The notes beneath the pieces are model-generated. The model was not told the origin of the DNA. It searched no databases and saw nothing but the letters and a program-made list of their open reading frames with translations. Shown in pieces: positions 34,937-42,287 of a DNA stretch of 64,000 nucleotides. Source of the DNA: Enterobacteria phage CHB7; sequence record MK562504.1; one strand, written 5' to 3'. How positions within the stretch are numbered: the stretch's first letter is position 1; each line of letters opens with the position of its first letter. Both the position numbers and the translations under genes were made by a program.

Positions 34937-35012
34937 TTGGAGCGTCGAAAGGGAGTTGAACCCTCATAATCCTGTTTTGCAGACAGGTACATAGCCATTT
35001 CTGTCATCGACG
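34937..35012 (-). tRNA. tRNA-Cys (GCA)
   Basis: Hand-folded cloverleaf; loop CUGCAAA; encoded CCA; U73. Confidence 0.7.
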
Positions 35013-35019
35013 CATTAAA

Positions 35020-35113
35020 TTGGAGGAAGATACCAGACTTGAACTGGTACGCCGATTTCTCGGTTACTGACAGTTTAGCAAACTGTTCCCTTACCTTTTA
35101 GGGTTAATCTTCC
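35020..35113 (-). tRNA. tRNA-Ser (GCU), long variable arm
   Basis: Anticodon stem ACAGT/ACTGT, loop TTGCTAA; variable-arm hairpin CCGA-GAAA-TCGG. Confidence 0.7.
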
Positions 35114-35115
35114 AA

Positions 35116-35850
35116 TTATTTGTTCAAGGCATCCTTCATTTCTGGAGTTGCGATTGAATCAATCACACCAGTTTTACAAGCATCATCAAACCAGTCTGGT
35201 AAGACACCTGCAAGGAAACCATTAATATTAGTTTTCAAGTAATCAGCAATTAACGCTGCTTCATCTGCAATCATCTTAGTGACCTCATTAGCATATGCAG
35301 TAATCTTAGCAATGCCCTGATTAATCGCTGTAACGGCTTGTGAGGCTAAGGAAGAGATAGTGTCTAGTCCTTTATCAATTGCATCTTTTAAGTCGCTTAG
35401 AACGCCATTCACAGTGTCTATGGAGGTGTTAATCAAATCCATAGCTTGTTGACCGTACTCTGTAGCTACTCCCATGATTCCACTAAACGGTGTACAACCA
35501 ACTTGCTCTCCTGCTGCACCCATAACGTTAGAGTAACCTTTAGCTACCTGCATACGTGATGAGAACTCATCTACAGATTTCTGACCGTATTGAGTCAGTG
35601 TGTTAGTTGTCGTTGTAGTGCTTCCAAGGCTCGTTGAGAAGCTACTTAACAAGGCTGTAGTCAAACCAGCAGCAATAAGTTTATCTTTTACTGTAGGGTC
35701 TGATACCGAGCTAATAGAGCTTACTAATGAAGTAGAAGCGGCAATTGTGCCACCAAGGATTGCTGCACCAGTAATAAGAGGGTTAGAAAACCCGTTACCG
35801 GATTTCAGGAGATTAAAAATCTCTTTACCTTGTTCTGTCATCTCTTTCAT
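35116..35850 (-). CDS. hypothetical protein
   Basis: 244 aa Ser/Thr/Ala-rich protein inside the tRNA region. Confidence 0.5.
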   Translation of the reverse strand: MKEMTEQGKEIFNLLKSGNGFSNPLITGAAILGGTIAASTSLVSSISSVSDPTVKDKLIAAGLTTALLSSFSTSLGSTTTTTNTLTQYGQKSVDEFSSRMQVAKGYSNVMGAAGEQVGCTPFSGIMGVATEYGQQAMDLINTSIDTVNGVLSDLKDAIDKGLDTISSLASQAVTAINQGIAKITAYANEVTKMIADEAALIADYLKTNINGFLAGVLPDWFDDACKTGVIDSIATPEMKDALNK

Positions 35851-35867
35851 TAAGCACCTTTTGAAAT

Positions 35868-35944
35868 TGGCGGGTTAGTGGGATTTGAACCCTCTTCTCA
35901 TGTTTTTCAGACATGCGCTTTAACCATATAAGCTACTTAACCCA
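35868..35944 (-). tRNA. tRNA-Phe (GAA)
   Basis: Loop CUGAAAA; 3' end ambiguous by about 2 nt. Confidence 0.6.
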
Positions 35945-35951
35945 TTAAATT

Positions 35952-36028
35952 TGGGGTGACCTACGGGAATCGAACCCGTATAGACCATGTTCACAGCATG
36001 GGTCATTATCCATTTATGATAAGGCCAC
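35952..36028 (-). tRNA. tRNA-His (GUG)
   Basis: Loop CUGUGAA; C73; perfect T stem. Confidence 0.65.
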
Positions 36029-36059
36029 ATGTAAGGACTCTCGTAAGAACCCTTAGAAG

Positions 36060-36135
36060 TGGCAGCAGCGTAAGGATTTGAACCTTAATCTTTCAGCTTC
36101 AGAGGCTGGAGCATTGCCAGTTATGCTACACTGCT
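36060..36135 (-). tRNA. tRNA-Gln (CUG)
   Basis: Loop CUCUGAA; G73. Confidence 0.55.
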
Positions 36136-36142
36136 ATTAATT

Positions 36143-36221
36143 TGGTACTCCATATCGGATTCGAACCGATACATAACACAGATTTTAAGTCTGGCCTCTC
36201 TGCCAATTGGAGTAATGGAGC
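36143..36221 (-). tRNA. tRNA with Leu anticodon UAA, standard length (short variable region)
   Basis: Loop CUUAAAA; A73; about 79 nt, no long variable arm. Confidence 0.5.
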
Positions 36222-36223
36222 AT

Positions 36224-36299
36224 TGGCGGGGGATGTTGGAATTGAACCAACTTCTTCGATTTCAAAGACCGAGGTTTTAACCTTGTAAACTAATCCCCT
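36224..36299 (-). tRNA. tRNA-Gln (UUG)
   Basis: Stem TCGGT/ATCGA, loop CUUUGAA; G73. Confidence 0.6.
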
Positions 36300-36307
36300 T
36301 TAAATCT

Positions 36308-36865
36308 TTACTTTCTTAGTGGATGAATAAAGAATGCCAACATAATTCTTTCCCTTGAAAATGCTCTTTCTTCTGGGACAACACTTTTAAGTTTCCAACC
36401 AACATAAATTCTCCAGTAAAATTGTTTACCAAAGATTTTAATTGACGGGATAAAAGCGAATAAACCCCAAGCATTACTGTTCCACATCAGGAGATAACCT
36501 GTCTGATTATCTTCAGGGTTAGAACTTACGTTGATATTACCTTTCCACTTAGTAACATCTTTTACATCTCTTCCTAATACATGGTAAGAGAAGTTATAAG
36601 CTTTGTTTCTCCAGAGCCATCCAACTCTCTGCATATAAACACCGAGCTTACCAATCTTTCGAATCTTAGCCCATCGTTCAACGTGACCTTTGTCACCATC
36701 AATTGGGTTGTCATAAGTTTCCATCCATCTGAATCCAAAAGGTAAGTGACCTTTCTTCTCACTGTAGAATGGAACCACAAATGGTGCTAAGATTACTGCT
36801 AAGATTGCTGCAAATGGCTCTAGCAAAGCTAGGAAAATCCATGAAGCATACTTCAAATATCTCAT
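36308..36865 (-). CDS. membrane protein, hypothetical
   Basis: ATG 36863-36865 with AGAGG RBS; N-terminal hydrophobic segment; track ORF extends upstream from TTG into tRNA-Arg. Confidence 0.5.
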   Translation of the reverse strand: MRYLKYASWIFLALLEPFAAILAVILAPFVVPFYSEKKGHLPFGFRWMETYDNPIDGDKGHVERWAKIRKIGKLGVYMQRVGWLWRNKAYNFSYHVLGRDVKDVTKWKGNINVSSNPEDNQTGYLLMWNSNAWGLFAFIPSIKIFGKQFYWRIYVGWKLKSVVPEERAFSRERIMLAFFIHPLRK

Positions 36866-36885
36866 TTTAAATAGCCTCTTTAAAT

Positions 36886-36962
36886 TGGTGCAGAATAAGG
36901 GATTCGAACCCCTAACAAACAACTTCGTAGGTTGCTGCTCTATCCGTTTGAACTAATTCTGC
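36886..36962 (-). tRNA. tRNA-Arg (ACG)
   Basis: Loop CUACGAA; perfect 7 bp acceptor GCAGAAT/ATTCTGC. Confidence 0.65.
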
Positions 36963-37124
36963 AATGTTCTTTTGAGATTCCTGTCTAGCTCTCTTCTTAT
37001 CTCTTCTGAGAAAGCGTCTACGATGGTCTGTACGCCATTTGTAGTAATCTTCCTCACCAGCGTGAGAAGCACAGCAACCACAACTTGCAATTTCAACTTT
37101 ACCGTGTCTACCATAAGGCTTCAT
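36912..37124 (-). CDS. small basic Cys-containing ORF overlapping tRNA-Arg (doubtful)
   Basis: ATG with AGGAG RBS right after the preceding tRNA; last 51 nt overlap tRNA-Arg. Confidence 0.3.
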   Translation of the reverse strand: MKPYGRHGKVEIASCGCCASHAGEEDYYKWRTDHRRRFLRRDKKRARQESQKNIAELVQTDRAATYEVVC

Positions 37125-37140
37125 AGGAATCTCCTAAAAT

Positions 37141-37218
37141 TGGTGTTCCAAGACGGATTCGAACCGTCACTAATACAAGGTTTGAGCTTGCATCCTCTGC
37201 CAATTGGGATACTGGAAC
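37141..37218 (-). tRNA. tRNA with Leu anticodon CAA, standard length (short variable region)
   Basis: Stem GCAAG/CTTGT, loop CUCAAAC; A73; D-arm similar to the UAA tRNA. Confidence 0.5.
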
Positions 37219-37220
37219 AT

Positions 37221-37295
37221 TGGTACTCGCTGAAGGACTTGAACCTTCTTCACCAACTTGTAAGGATGGGGCTTTACCATATAAACTAAGCGAGT
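37221..37295 (-). tRNA. tRNA-Val (UAC)
   Basis: Loop CUUACAA; A73. Confidence 0.6.
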
Positions 37296-37391
37296 ATGAA
37301 AAGAGGTCTGAAGTTGTGCCGCTAACTCAACTCCGTGGAATTTGTTACGGTCTTCAGTTGACTCAAGCGGTCTTTCACTCGACCTCTGAAA

Positions 37392-37468
37392 TGGTGCTGC
37401 TCACAGGACTCGAACCTGCATTTCCATCCTTACAAGGGATGTGTAATAGCCAATTATACGAAAGCAGC
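37392..37468 (-). tRNA. tRNA-Thr (UGU)
   Basis: Stem CATCC/GGATG, loop CUUGUAA; A73. Confidence 0.65.
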
Positions 37469-37474
37469 ATTGTT

Positions 37475-37549
37475 TGGAGCATCCAGAGGGAATCGAACCC
37501 TCAACCTCAGTTTGGAAGACTGTAATTTTCCCGTTTAAACTATGGATGC
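37475..37549 (-). tRNA. tRNA-Gly (UCC)
   Basis: Loop CUUCCAA; U73; perfect T stem. Confidence 0.65.
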
Positions 37550-37555
37550 ACTAAT

Positions 37556-37631
37556 TGGTGGAGAAGCAGGGAATTGAACCCTGTACTTAAGTTTGCAAAA
37601 CTTATGTTTTAACCATGTAAACTACATCCCC
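37556..37631 (-). tRNA. tRNA-Ala (UGC)
   Basis: Stem TAAGT/ACTTA, loop UUUGCAA; G3-U70 wobble pair; A73. Confidence 0.7.
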
Positions 37632-37637
37632 AATGTT

Positions 37638-37713
37638 TGGTACAGGTGGAGGGAATTGAACCCATCGTCTTACTGATTAAGAGTCAGCCGCATAACCATT
37701 TTGCTACACCTGC
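37638..37713 (-). tRNA. tRNA-Lys (CUU)
   Basis: Loop CUCUUAA; A73. Confidence 0.55.
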
Positions 37714-37720
37714 ATTAATT

Positions 37721-37798
37721 TGGTAGGAGACAAGGGATTCGAACCCTCAAACACCAACTTCTAAGGATGGTAGGTTTACCAATTACCGTCAATCTCCC
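37721..37798 (-). tRNA. tRNA with Leu anticodon UAG, standard length (short variable region)
   Basis: Loop CUUAGAA; A73; about 78 nt. Confidence 0.45.
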
Positions 37799-37866
37799 AT
37801 TAAATCTTTGTAGAGAACTGCTAAGACGCCAAAGCAACAATGGTATCAAATGCCTTAACAATTCTC

Positions 37867-37887
37867 TAAAAAGACCTAACTGGTCTT
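37867..37887 (-). terminator. hairpin downstream of nuclease gene (weak terminator)
   Basis: AAAGACC-loop-GGTCTTT followed by U-rich tail on the minus strand. Confidence 0.35.
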
Positions 37888-38026
37888 TGCATAGTCTTGT
37901 TTAATCCGGTGACTAGAACCTTTGGAGAGCTTGATATTATCTCTTCTCCGTGACACCTACTAGGTGCTTTGTTGTGCGTGTACGACAATACACGAGGGAA
38001 ACCGAACGCTGTACCAGAGCGTGGGC

Positions 38027-38368
38027 TTAAATCTTTAAGCTAAGTTCAGTCTTGGACTTGACATCTTTAGCTTTGTAGATGACGACTTTATCAAGTGGTT
38101 CAATGTAAACAGCTAAGTAATCAACTTGAGAGTTATCAAAATTCATTATTCTATTTTCATTCTTGTTAGAACGAACTCTTTTCAGTTGCACTCTCCAAAG
38201 TTCACCTCTTTTGACTGATGTTGATTTTACCTCAACAGTCTCAATCAAACCATCTTTGTGAACTAGAAAGTCATACTTTGCATTATCTGTAGCTGGTGAA
38301 TACACTTCATAACCTCTTTTGAGGAAAGCTAATTGTGTAGCAATTTCACCTACTGAACCTTTCTTCAT
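38027..38368 (-). CDS. PD-(D/E)XK nuclease-like protein embedded in tRNA cluster
   Basis: ATG 38366-38368 with AAGGTGGTGA RBS; YDFLVHKDGLIETVEVKS resembles a D...ExK nuclease core. Confidence 0.5.
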   Translation of the reverse strand: MKKGSVGEIATQLAFLKRGYEVYSPATDNAKYDFLVHKDGLIETVEVKSTSVKRGELWRVQLKRVRSNKNENRIMNFDNSQVDYLAVYIEPLDKVVIYKAKDVKSKTELSLKI

Positions 38369-38390
38369 AATCACCACCTTAAAATTATTT

Positions 38391-38477
38391 TGGCAGAGAG
38401 TGCAGGAGTTGAACCCGTACCGTTTCCAGCAGCACCAGTTTTCAAGGCTGGTTGGTCTCCGTTGACCGCCACTCTCT
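38391..38477 (-). tRNA. tRNA-Ser (UGA), long variable arm
   Basis: Loop CUUGAAA; perfect acceptor AGAGAGT/ACTCTCT; G73; 87 nt. Confidence 0.65.
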
Positions 38478-38490
38478 CCGAAACAATCTT

Positions 38491-38573
38491 TGGCATGGGA
38501 CGGAGGAATCGAACCCCTTTGAGTAAGTTTTGGAGGCTTACGCACATGCCTTAGTGTCTTAACATCGTCCCAT
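38491..38573 (-). tRNA. tRNA-Trp (CCA), atypical 83 nt with enlarged D region
   Basis: Anticodon hairpin GTAAG-(C)CUCCAAA(A)-CTTAC; perfect acceptor; G73; extra nt between acceptor and D stem. Confidence 0.45.
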
Positions 38574-38715
38574 ATATTATTTCGAAGCTTACCGTATTAT
38601 CACAACACTGTAAAGCCCCTTCTCAGATTATTTACATGTTCTGGAAAACATGAGATACAGACCACCTCCCTACAGGAAGACCCGCTTAGGTCGTCTAAGT
38701 AATCTGCTAACTATT

Positions 38716-38743
38716 TGGTAGCCAAGGTAGGAGTCGAACCTAC
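38716..38743 (-). pseudogene. tRNA 3' fragment (CCA + acceptor + T arm only)
   Basis: TGG-T-AGCCAAG followed by T arm GTAGG-AGTCGAA-CCTAC; no matching 5' acceptor strand found within 100 nt. Confidence 0.4.
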
Positions 38744-38842
38744 TTACTCTCGAAGGTAGCTAACCTTCAGTAACTTTCCGACTTTCGTACATCTGTTAAC
38801 ATGTATTCAGATGGCTTACTAGTGTTGTCTTGACCATTAAAC

Positions 38843-38919
38843 TGGCACACCCTACAGGACTCGAACCTGTAACTCAGTGCTTAGAAGGCACTTGCTCTAT
38901 CCAATTGAACTAAGGGTGC
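38843..38919 (-). tRNA. tRNA-Arg (UCU)
   Basis: Loop CUUCUAA; G73. Confidence 0.65.
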
Positions 38920-39170
38920 ATTCTTATCTTTAAAGGCTCTCTTAGAAAACCCTTAAAGATGCCCACATTATTAATCATACCGTGGGCGAGTACGCCAAAT
39001 TCTTTGATGAGGGGTTGGAAGACCTCACTGGTGTTTAGCCTATTAAGCTACTGCCAGAAAAACATTATCGTTTGCATTTATTTTAGTTTGCAAAAATAGA
39101 CGCTACGCTAACGAAAACTAAGGTTACTATAAAGTGGTCACATCTGAATGTCAACAACTTTATCGAATTT

Positions 39171-39246
39171 GGTAGTGGTAGCAGGAATCGAACCTGCGAT
39201 GTTCGGTTATCAGCCGAGTGTTATGACCGTCTTAACTATACCACCA
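39171..39246 (-). tRNA. tRNA-Ile (GAU)
   Basis: Loop CUGAUAA; A73. Confidence 0.6.
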
Positions 39247-39248
39247 TT

Positions 39249-39325
39249 GGAGGTTCAGATGGGATTCGAACCCACATTCATAGGGCTTATGAAACCCTTG
39301 CATTACCTTATCTGCGACTGAACCA
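39249..39325 (-). tRNA. tRNA with CAU anticodon (Met or Ile2)
   Basis: Stem AGGGT/GCCCT, loop UUCAUAA; U73. Confidence 0.55.
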
Positions 39326-39403
39326 TAATAAGTTGCCCTTTGGAGAAGAACTATTGAGTGGGTGTTTCCAGCCGCGCAGGTGTTCTTCAGTTAAGGGCTA
39401 ATT

Positions 39404-39479
39404 TGGTAGGAGTGGAGGGATTCGAACCCTTCGCCTGTCAGATTAAAAGTCTGCCGCATCACCATTCTGCTACACTCCC
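39404..39479 (-). tRNA. tRNA-Lys (UUU)
   Basis: Loop CUUUUAA; A73. Confidence 0.6.
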
Positions 39480-39735
39480 ATTGAATCATCTTTGCAGTAA
39501 CCTACGCAAACCTTGCTAAAGGGTTTGTAGAGTCATTTCCTATTAAGCTAATCTAGAATCATGCTAAGGAAATTCATCGGCACTCATGGGACGACATTTA
39601 GCTCCATAAGTCACTGCAAAGAGGATTACCAGACCGTTGTTTATCTTAAGTGCTCCCATTACACCAACACGCCGTAACGTGTGAAGGAATCGAACCTTCG
39701 CCTTTTCTTTACCAGAGAAATAGATTGTTTTATAC

Positions 39736-39765
39736 TTGCTGTAAACGGTCTTCTGTAAATTTGTT
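39736..39765. repeat. inter-tRNA spacer repeat (TGCTGTAAACGGTCTTCTG family), copy 1
   Basis: Same about 20 nt word recurs at 40281-40306 and 40440-40466; CCAGACC word recurs near 39639, 39787, 40238, 40395. Confidence 0.6.
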
Positions 39766-39906
39766 GAGCCAGACCAAGTTTTAAATTTTTCAAAATTAAA
39801 TTGGCTTGAAATTTTTTAAGTTGGCTTGCTGAATTTGGTCTTCTGCTCCTTTAAAGAACACTCGTAAGAACTCTTTAAGGGAGGGGCTAAAAAGCCCTCT
39901 CAAATT

Positions 39907-39984
39907 TGGCGGTTACGAAGGGATTCGAACCCTCATCATCTCCCGTGACAGGGGAGTATTTTAACCAGATTAAACTACATAACC
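39907..39984 (-). tRNA. tRNA-Asp (GUC)
   Basis: Perfect stem CTCCC/GGGAG, loop CUGUCAC; G73. Confidence 0.7.
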
Positions 39985-39990
39985 TTTATT

Positions 39991-40078
39991 TGGTGCGCCG
40001 TGAAGGAGTCGAACCTACCGAGTCATAATGACAAGTGATTTACAGTCACCACCGCTTCCATCTACGGGATAACGACGC
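39991..40078 (-). tRNA. tRNA-Tyr (GUA), long variable arm
   Basis: Loop CUGUAAA; 88 nt; A73. Confidence 0.6.
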
Positions 40079-40148
40079 ATTTTATTCCATTCAGGCTAAG
40101 GACTTGCACCTTACAAATCGGTGAGCATTACGCTTCTCTCCCAAATCT

Positions 40149-40225
40149 TGGCGGTGAGTTAGGGATTCGAACCCTATGCCATTCGGTTAACAGCCGACCG
40201 CACATGCCTTATGTGCTTCCTCACC
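40149..40225 (-). tRNA. tRNA-Asn (GUU)
   Basis: Loop CUGUUAA; G73; perfect T stem. Confidence 0.65.
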
Positions 40226-40306
40226 ATGTTTAGTATTGCCAGACCGTATCTTTTCATTTTTCCTATAAAAATTTTTGAGATTGCTGTAAACGGTCTTCTG
40301 CAAATT

Positions 40307-40383
40307 TGGAGGCGGGTGCAGGAGTCGAACCTGCCGATACCATGCTAATGAGACATGTGAGACGCCCTTTCTCTATACCCGCG
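40307..40383 (-). tRNA. tRNA with CAU anticodon, unpaired 1-72 (C-C)
   Basis: Loop CUCAUUA; first acceptor pair is a C-C mismatch; U73. Confidence 0.5.
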
Positions 40384-40466
40384 AACTTTTATGACCAGAC
40401 CAAACTTTTAAGTTTTCTATGCGCGAAAAGTAAAGTTGTTTGCTGTACTTGGTCTTCTGTCAAATT

Positions 40467-40541
40467 TGGAGTCGTAGACGGGATTCGAACCCGCGAGCAA
40501 CTGATTGAAGGTCAGGTGGCTAACCATTTGCCTTCTACGAC
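40467..40541 (-). tRNA. tRNA-Glu (UUC), tentative
   Basis: Stem CTGA/TCAG, loop CCUUCAA (C at position 33 is unusual); perfect acceptor. Confidence 0.45.
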
Positions 40542-40548
40542 ATTAATT

Positions 40549-40625
40549 TGGTCTCCGTTGAAGGGATTGAACCTTCGACCTCACCGCCCCAAACGGCGCA
40601 CTCTACCAAACTGAGCTAAACGGAG
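40549..40625 (-). tRNA. tRNA-Pro (UGG)
   Basis: Loop UUUGGGG; C1-G72; A73; perfect acceptor. Confidence 0.7.
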
Positions 40626-40744
40626 ATAATCTTTTCAAACTCTATGTAACCACTTTAACATTATTTTTTAGTGGTTGTCAAGAACTTTTTTAAAATATTT
40701 TTCAGTATCTTAGAAAAACTCTCGATTTCGTTTCTATGTAGAAC

Positions 40745-40773
40745 ATATTAAAGGGTATCGAGCAGATTGTCAA
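40745..40773 (-). promoter_or_regulatory. sigma70 consensus-like promoter (TTGACA-17-TAATAT) reading into the tRNA cluster
   Basis: Minus-sense TTGACA (40768-40773) and TAATAT (40745-40750), 17 bp spacer inside a GGGTAT/ATACCC palindrome. Confidence 0.6.
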
Positions 40774-40791
40774 TACCCTTTTTAAAACTTT

Positions 40792-42207
40792 TTACCAGAT
40801 GTAACGGTCAATCATTACTGCTTTGAGCATTACGCTGATTGGGTCAAACTTCTCACCACCAAGCAGAGCTTTTAAAGTGGCTGGAGAGAACCCTGATACC
40901 ATTGCTACCCCATTATCCTTAACAGACACTTCGCAAGTACCATTACGGTTTGCTAAGTACCAGAATACCAGTTGTGGCATTTCGTATCCAGCTTTTTCAT
41001 ACTTACTGCGAATTGCTTCGAAGTTTGTATGGCCATCTGCACCGTCAACCTGATTGAACTCCATATCAGAGAAGATAATAAGCTTACTTGGCATTGCTGC
41101 CTGAGTCAAGCCATTTCTTACACCGATTTCAAGAATACGGTCAAATGCTGCTTGCAGGTTTGTTGAACCATACTCAACCTTGTTCATTACCTGACGCATA
41201 CGAGTCTGCAAATCACCACTCAGAGTAATAAAGTGAGGTCTTGTGGAGTAAACCATTAACTCATCTTTAAAGCACCCTGTATTGCGTTCTGAGACGTATA
41301 ACGCCAAAGACAGGCCAATATCAAGAGCAGTTACAGAACCAAATGTCTGCCAAGTCATAGACGCTGATACATCTGACATACACAGAATGTTTTCACCTTC
41401 TGCCATCCAGTTTGGTAATGCTTTCCACTGTTCGTTTGCAACACTTGCTTTACCATGATTAACGGACTTCAGAATATCGTATGGGTACACAGCACCAGCA
41501 TTAATCTTGGCCTCACCTTTGGATAAAGCTTCAACGTAAGCTGCATAACGTTCACCGTCTTTCTTGCTGAACAGCTTTTGATAACGTGCAGCAGCCAGTG
41601 AAGGAATCTTGCTGTAGTCAATCTCACCAAAGTTATTTGTAGAGATTTTCTGTTCAACGGTATCAGACAAAGCTGATAACAGTGTACGGTATTCTTTCTC
41701 ACTCAGGCTTGCAAACTTACAGAAACGTTTTACAAACTGTTTGTGTCGTGGTTTTACTCGTGGTAACCACTTAGCCGCTAAACCTGCTGTATCAGGGTCT
41801 AACAAGGCTGCTTCTAAATGCTTGAAAGCATCTGTCTCATAACGAGTACCTACGAAGATTTTGAAGTCATCGAAACGACCTAATTCAGAAATCTTATCCA
41901 TGATACGAAGAACTTGGAAAGAATCCAGAATGTTATCTTCGATTGCTTGTAAGAGGACAGTTCGGAAAGCTTTACGCTCACCCATACCTTCTCGTACATC
42001 TCGCATATGCAGTAAAATACGAACTGCTACATCAACATCCTCACGCAAAGCTTTGTAGAACAAGTCTGGGAGAATCTCTACATTGCCACGGCTTGAGCCA
42101 GCAGCTTTATAGAAGTCTACCAAGGCAGACATTGATGATGTATGGTTAACAGCACCATTTTCAGTTCGCCCTGCATGGAGGTGCGAATGTTTAAATAAAT
42201 CGCTCAT
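40792..42207 (-). CDS. vWA-domain protein with MIDAS motif (DUF2828/TROVE-like?)
   Basis: 471 aa; DxSxS MIDAS motif in LCMSDVSASM; N-terminal RTENGAV segment; purine-rich RBS. Confidence 0.6.
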   Translation of the reverse strand: MSDLFKHSHLHAGRTENGAVNHTSSMSALVDFYKAAGSSRGNVEILPDLFYKALREDVDVAVRILLHMRDVREGMGERKAFRTVLLQAIEDNILDSFQVLRIMDKISELGRFDDFKIFVGTRYETDAFKHLEAALLDPDTAGLAAKWLPRVKPRHKQFVKRFCKFASLSEKEYRTLLSALSDTVEQKISTNNFGEIDYSKIPSLAAARYQKLFSKKDGERYAAYVEALSKGEAKINAGAVYPYDILKSVNHGKASVANEQWKALPNWMAEGENILCMSDVSASMTWQTFGSVTALDIGLSLALYVSERNTGCFKDELMVYSTRPHFITLSGDLQTRMRQVMNKVEYGSTNLQAAFDRILEIGVRNGLTQAAMPSKLIIFSDMEFNQVDGADGHTNFEAIRSKYEKAGYEMPQLVFWYLANRNGTCEVSVKDNGVAMVSGFSPATLKALLGGEKFDPISVMLKAVMIDRYIW

Positions 42208-42287
42208 ATTTTACTCTCTTCTCTCATTTATTGTTTGATGTGACAGACTTTAGAACATCTTCGTAGAGCCTGTCAACATCTTTTAAA

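Noticed and set aside
37220-37525. Plus-strand ORFs crossing the tRNA cluster (also 36972-37289 and 40306-40614)
   Set aside because: They read through the antisense of several tRNA genes; artefacts of stop-codon-poor tRNA sequence.
38027-38545. Long N-terminal extensions of track ORFs (also 36308-36922, 54708-55007, 61490-62227)
   Set aside because: The track starts at GTG/TTG codons and runs into tRNA genes or cassettes; internal ATGs with RBS give shorter, better-supported genes.
39683-39699. Additional tRNA at a T-arm-like hairpin (GAAGG-AATCGAA-CCTTC)
   Set aside because: No acceptor stem partner, no CCA and no anticodon arm nearby; treated as a fragment.
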